Origin: Scyliorhinus canicula
Taxonomy: Eukaryota
Direction: 5' to 3'
Assembly: GCF_902713615.1 (NCBI RefSeq)
Contig: NC_052164.1
Coordinates: 97,363,575 to 97,427,574, forward strand
DNA length: 64,000 bases
Below, in pieces: positions 63,832 through 64,000 of the stretch (positions are counted from its first letter, which is position 1; each line of letters starts with the position of its first letter). The translations under genes and the position numbers were made by a program. Under the pieces are notes generated by a model that was not told the origin of the DNA, did no database searches, and saw nothing but the letters and a program-made list of their open reading frames with translations.

Positions 63832-64000
63832 CACTCCTCCCTCACCGATTAGAAATCTGTCTAATTCGGCTTTGACTGTGTTCAACGACACAGCCTTCAC
63901 CTCTCTTTGCAGAAGAGGATGCCAAAGACTGACCACCCATAGTTCTTGGGCTGTGGAAGTATCACCATTATGCCAGATCAAGTATTGATCAACAGTCACC

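Overview
Repeat-rich vertebrate DNA, most likely from a shark: it carries many HE1-type tRNA-derived SINEs plus CR1/L2 and L1 LINE fragments and a Harbinger remnant (the taxon is an inference). The window holds a + strand tandem cluster of Gig2-like (GCRV-induced gene 2) PARP-fold ADP-ribosyltransferase genes. Two are long paralogs with a C-terminal Cys/His finger (4381, 14196). Three are intact short 164-aa paralogs in ~10-12 kb duplicated units (38938, 50488, 60765). Two are pseudogenes (27374, 28435), and one further promoter (~42.7 kb) has lost its gene. All five intact genes share one inferred layout: ISRE, usually a TATA or TATA-like box, a ~28-nt non-coding exon 1, an intron, then a single coding exon. 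The cluster shows birth-and-death evolution, a chimeric paralog, coding divergence exceeding intron divergence, a copy of the gene's own 3' UTR inserted into its intron, and a tailless U2 snRNA retrocopy. Substitution counts are by hand and no database searches were run.
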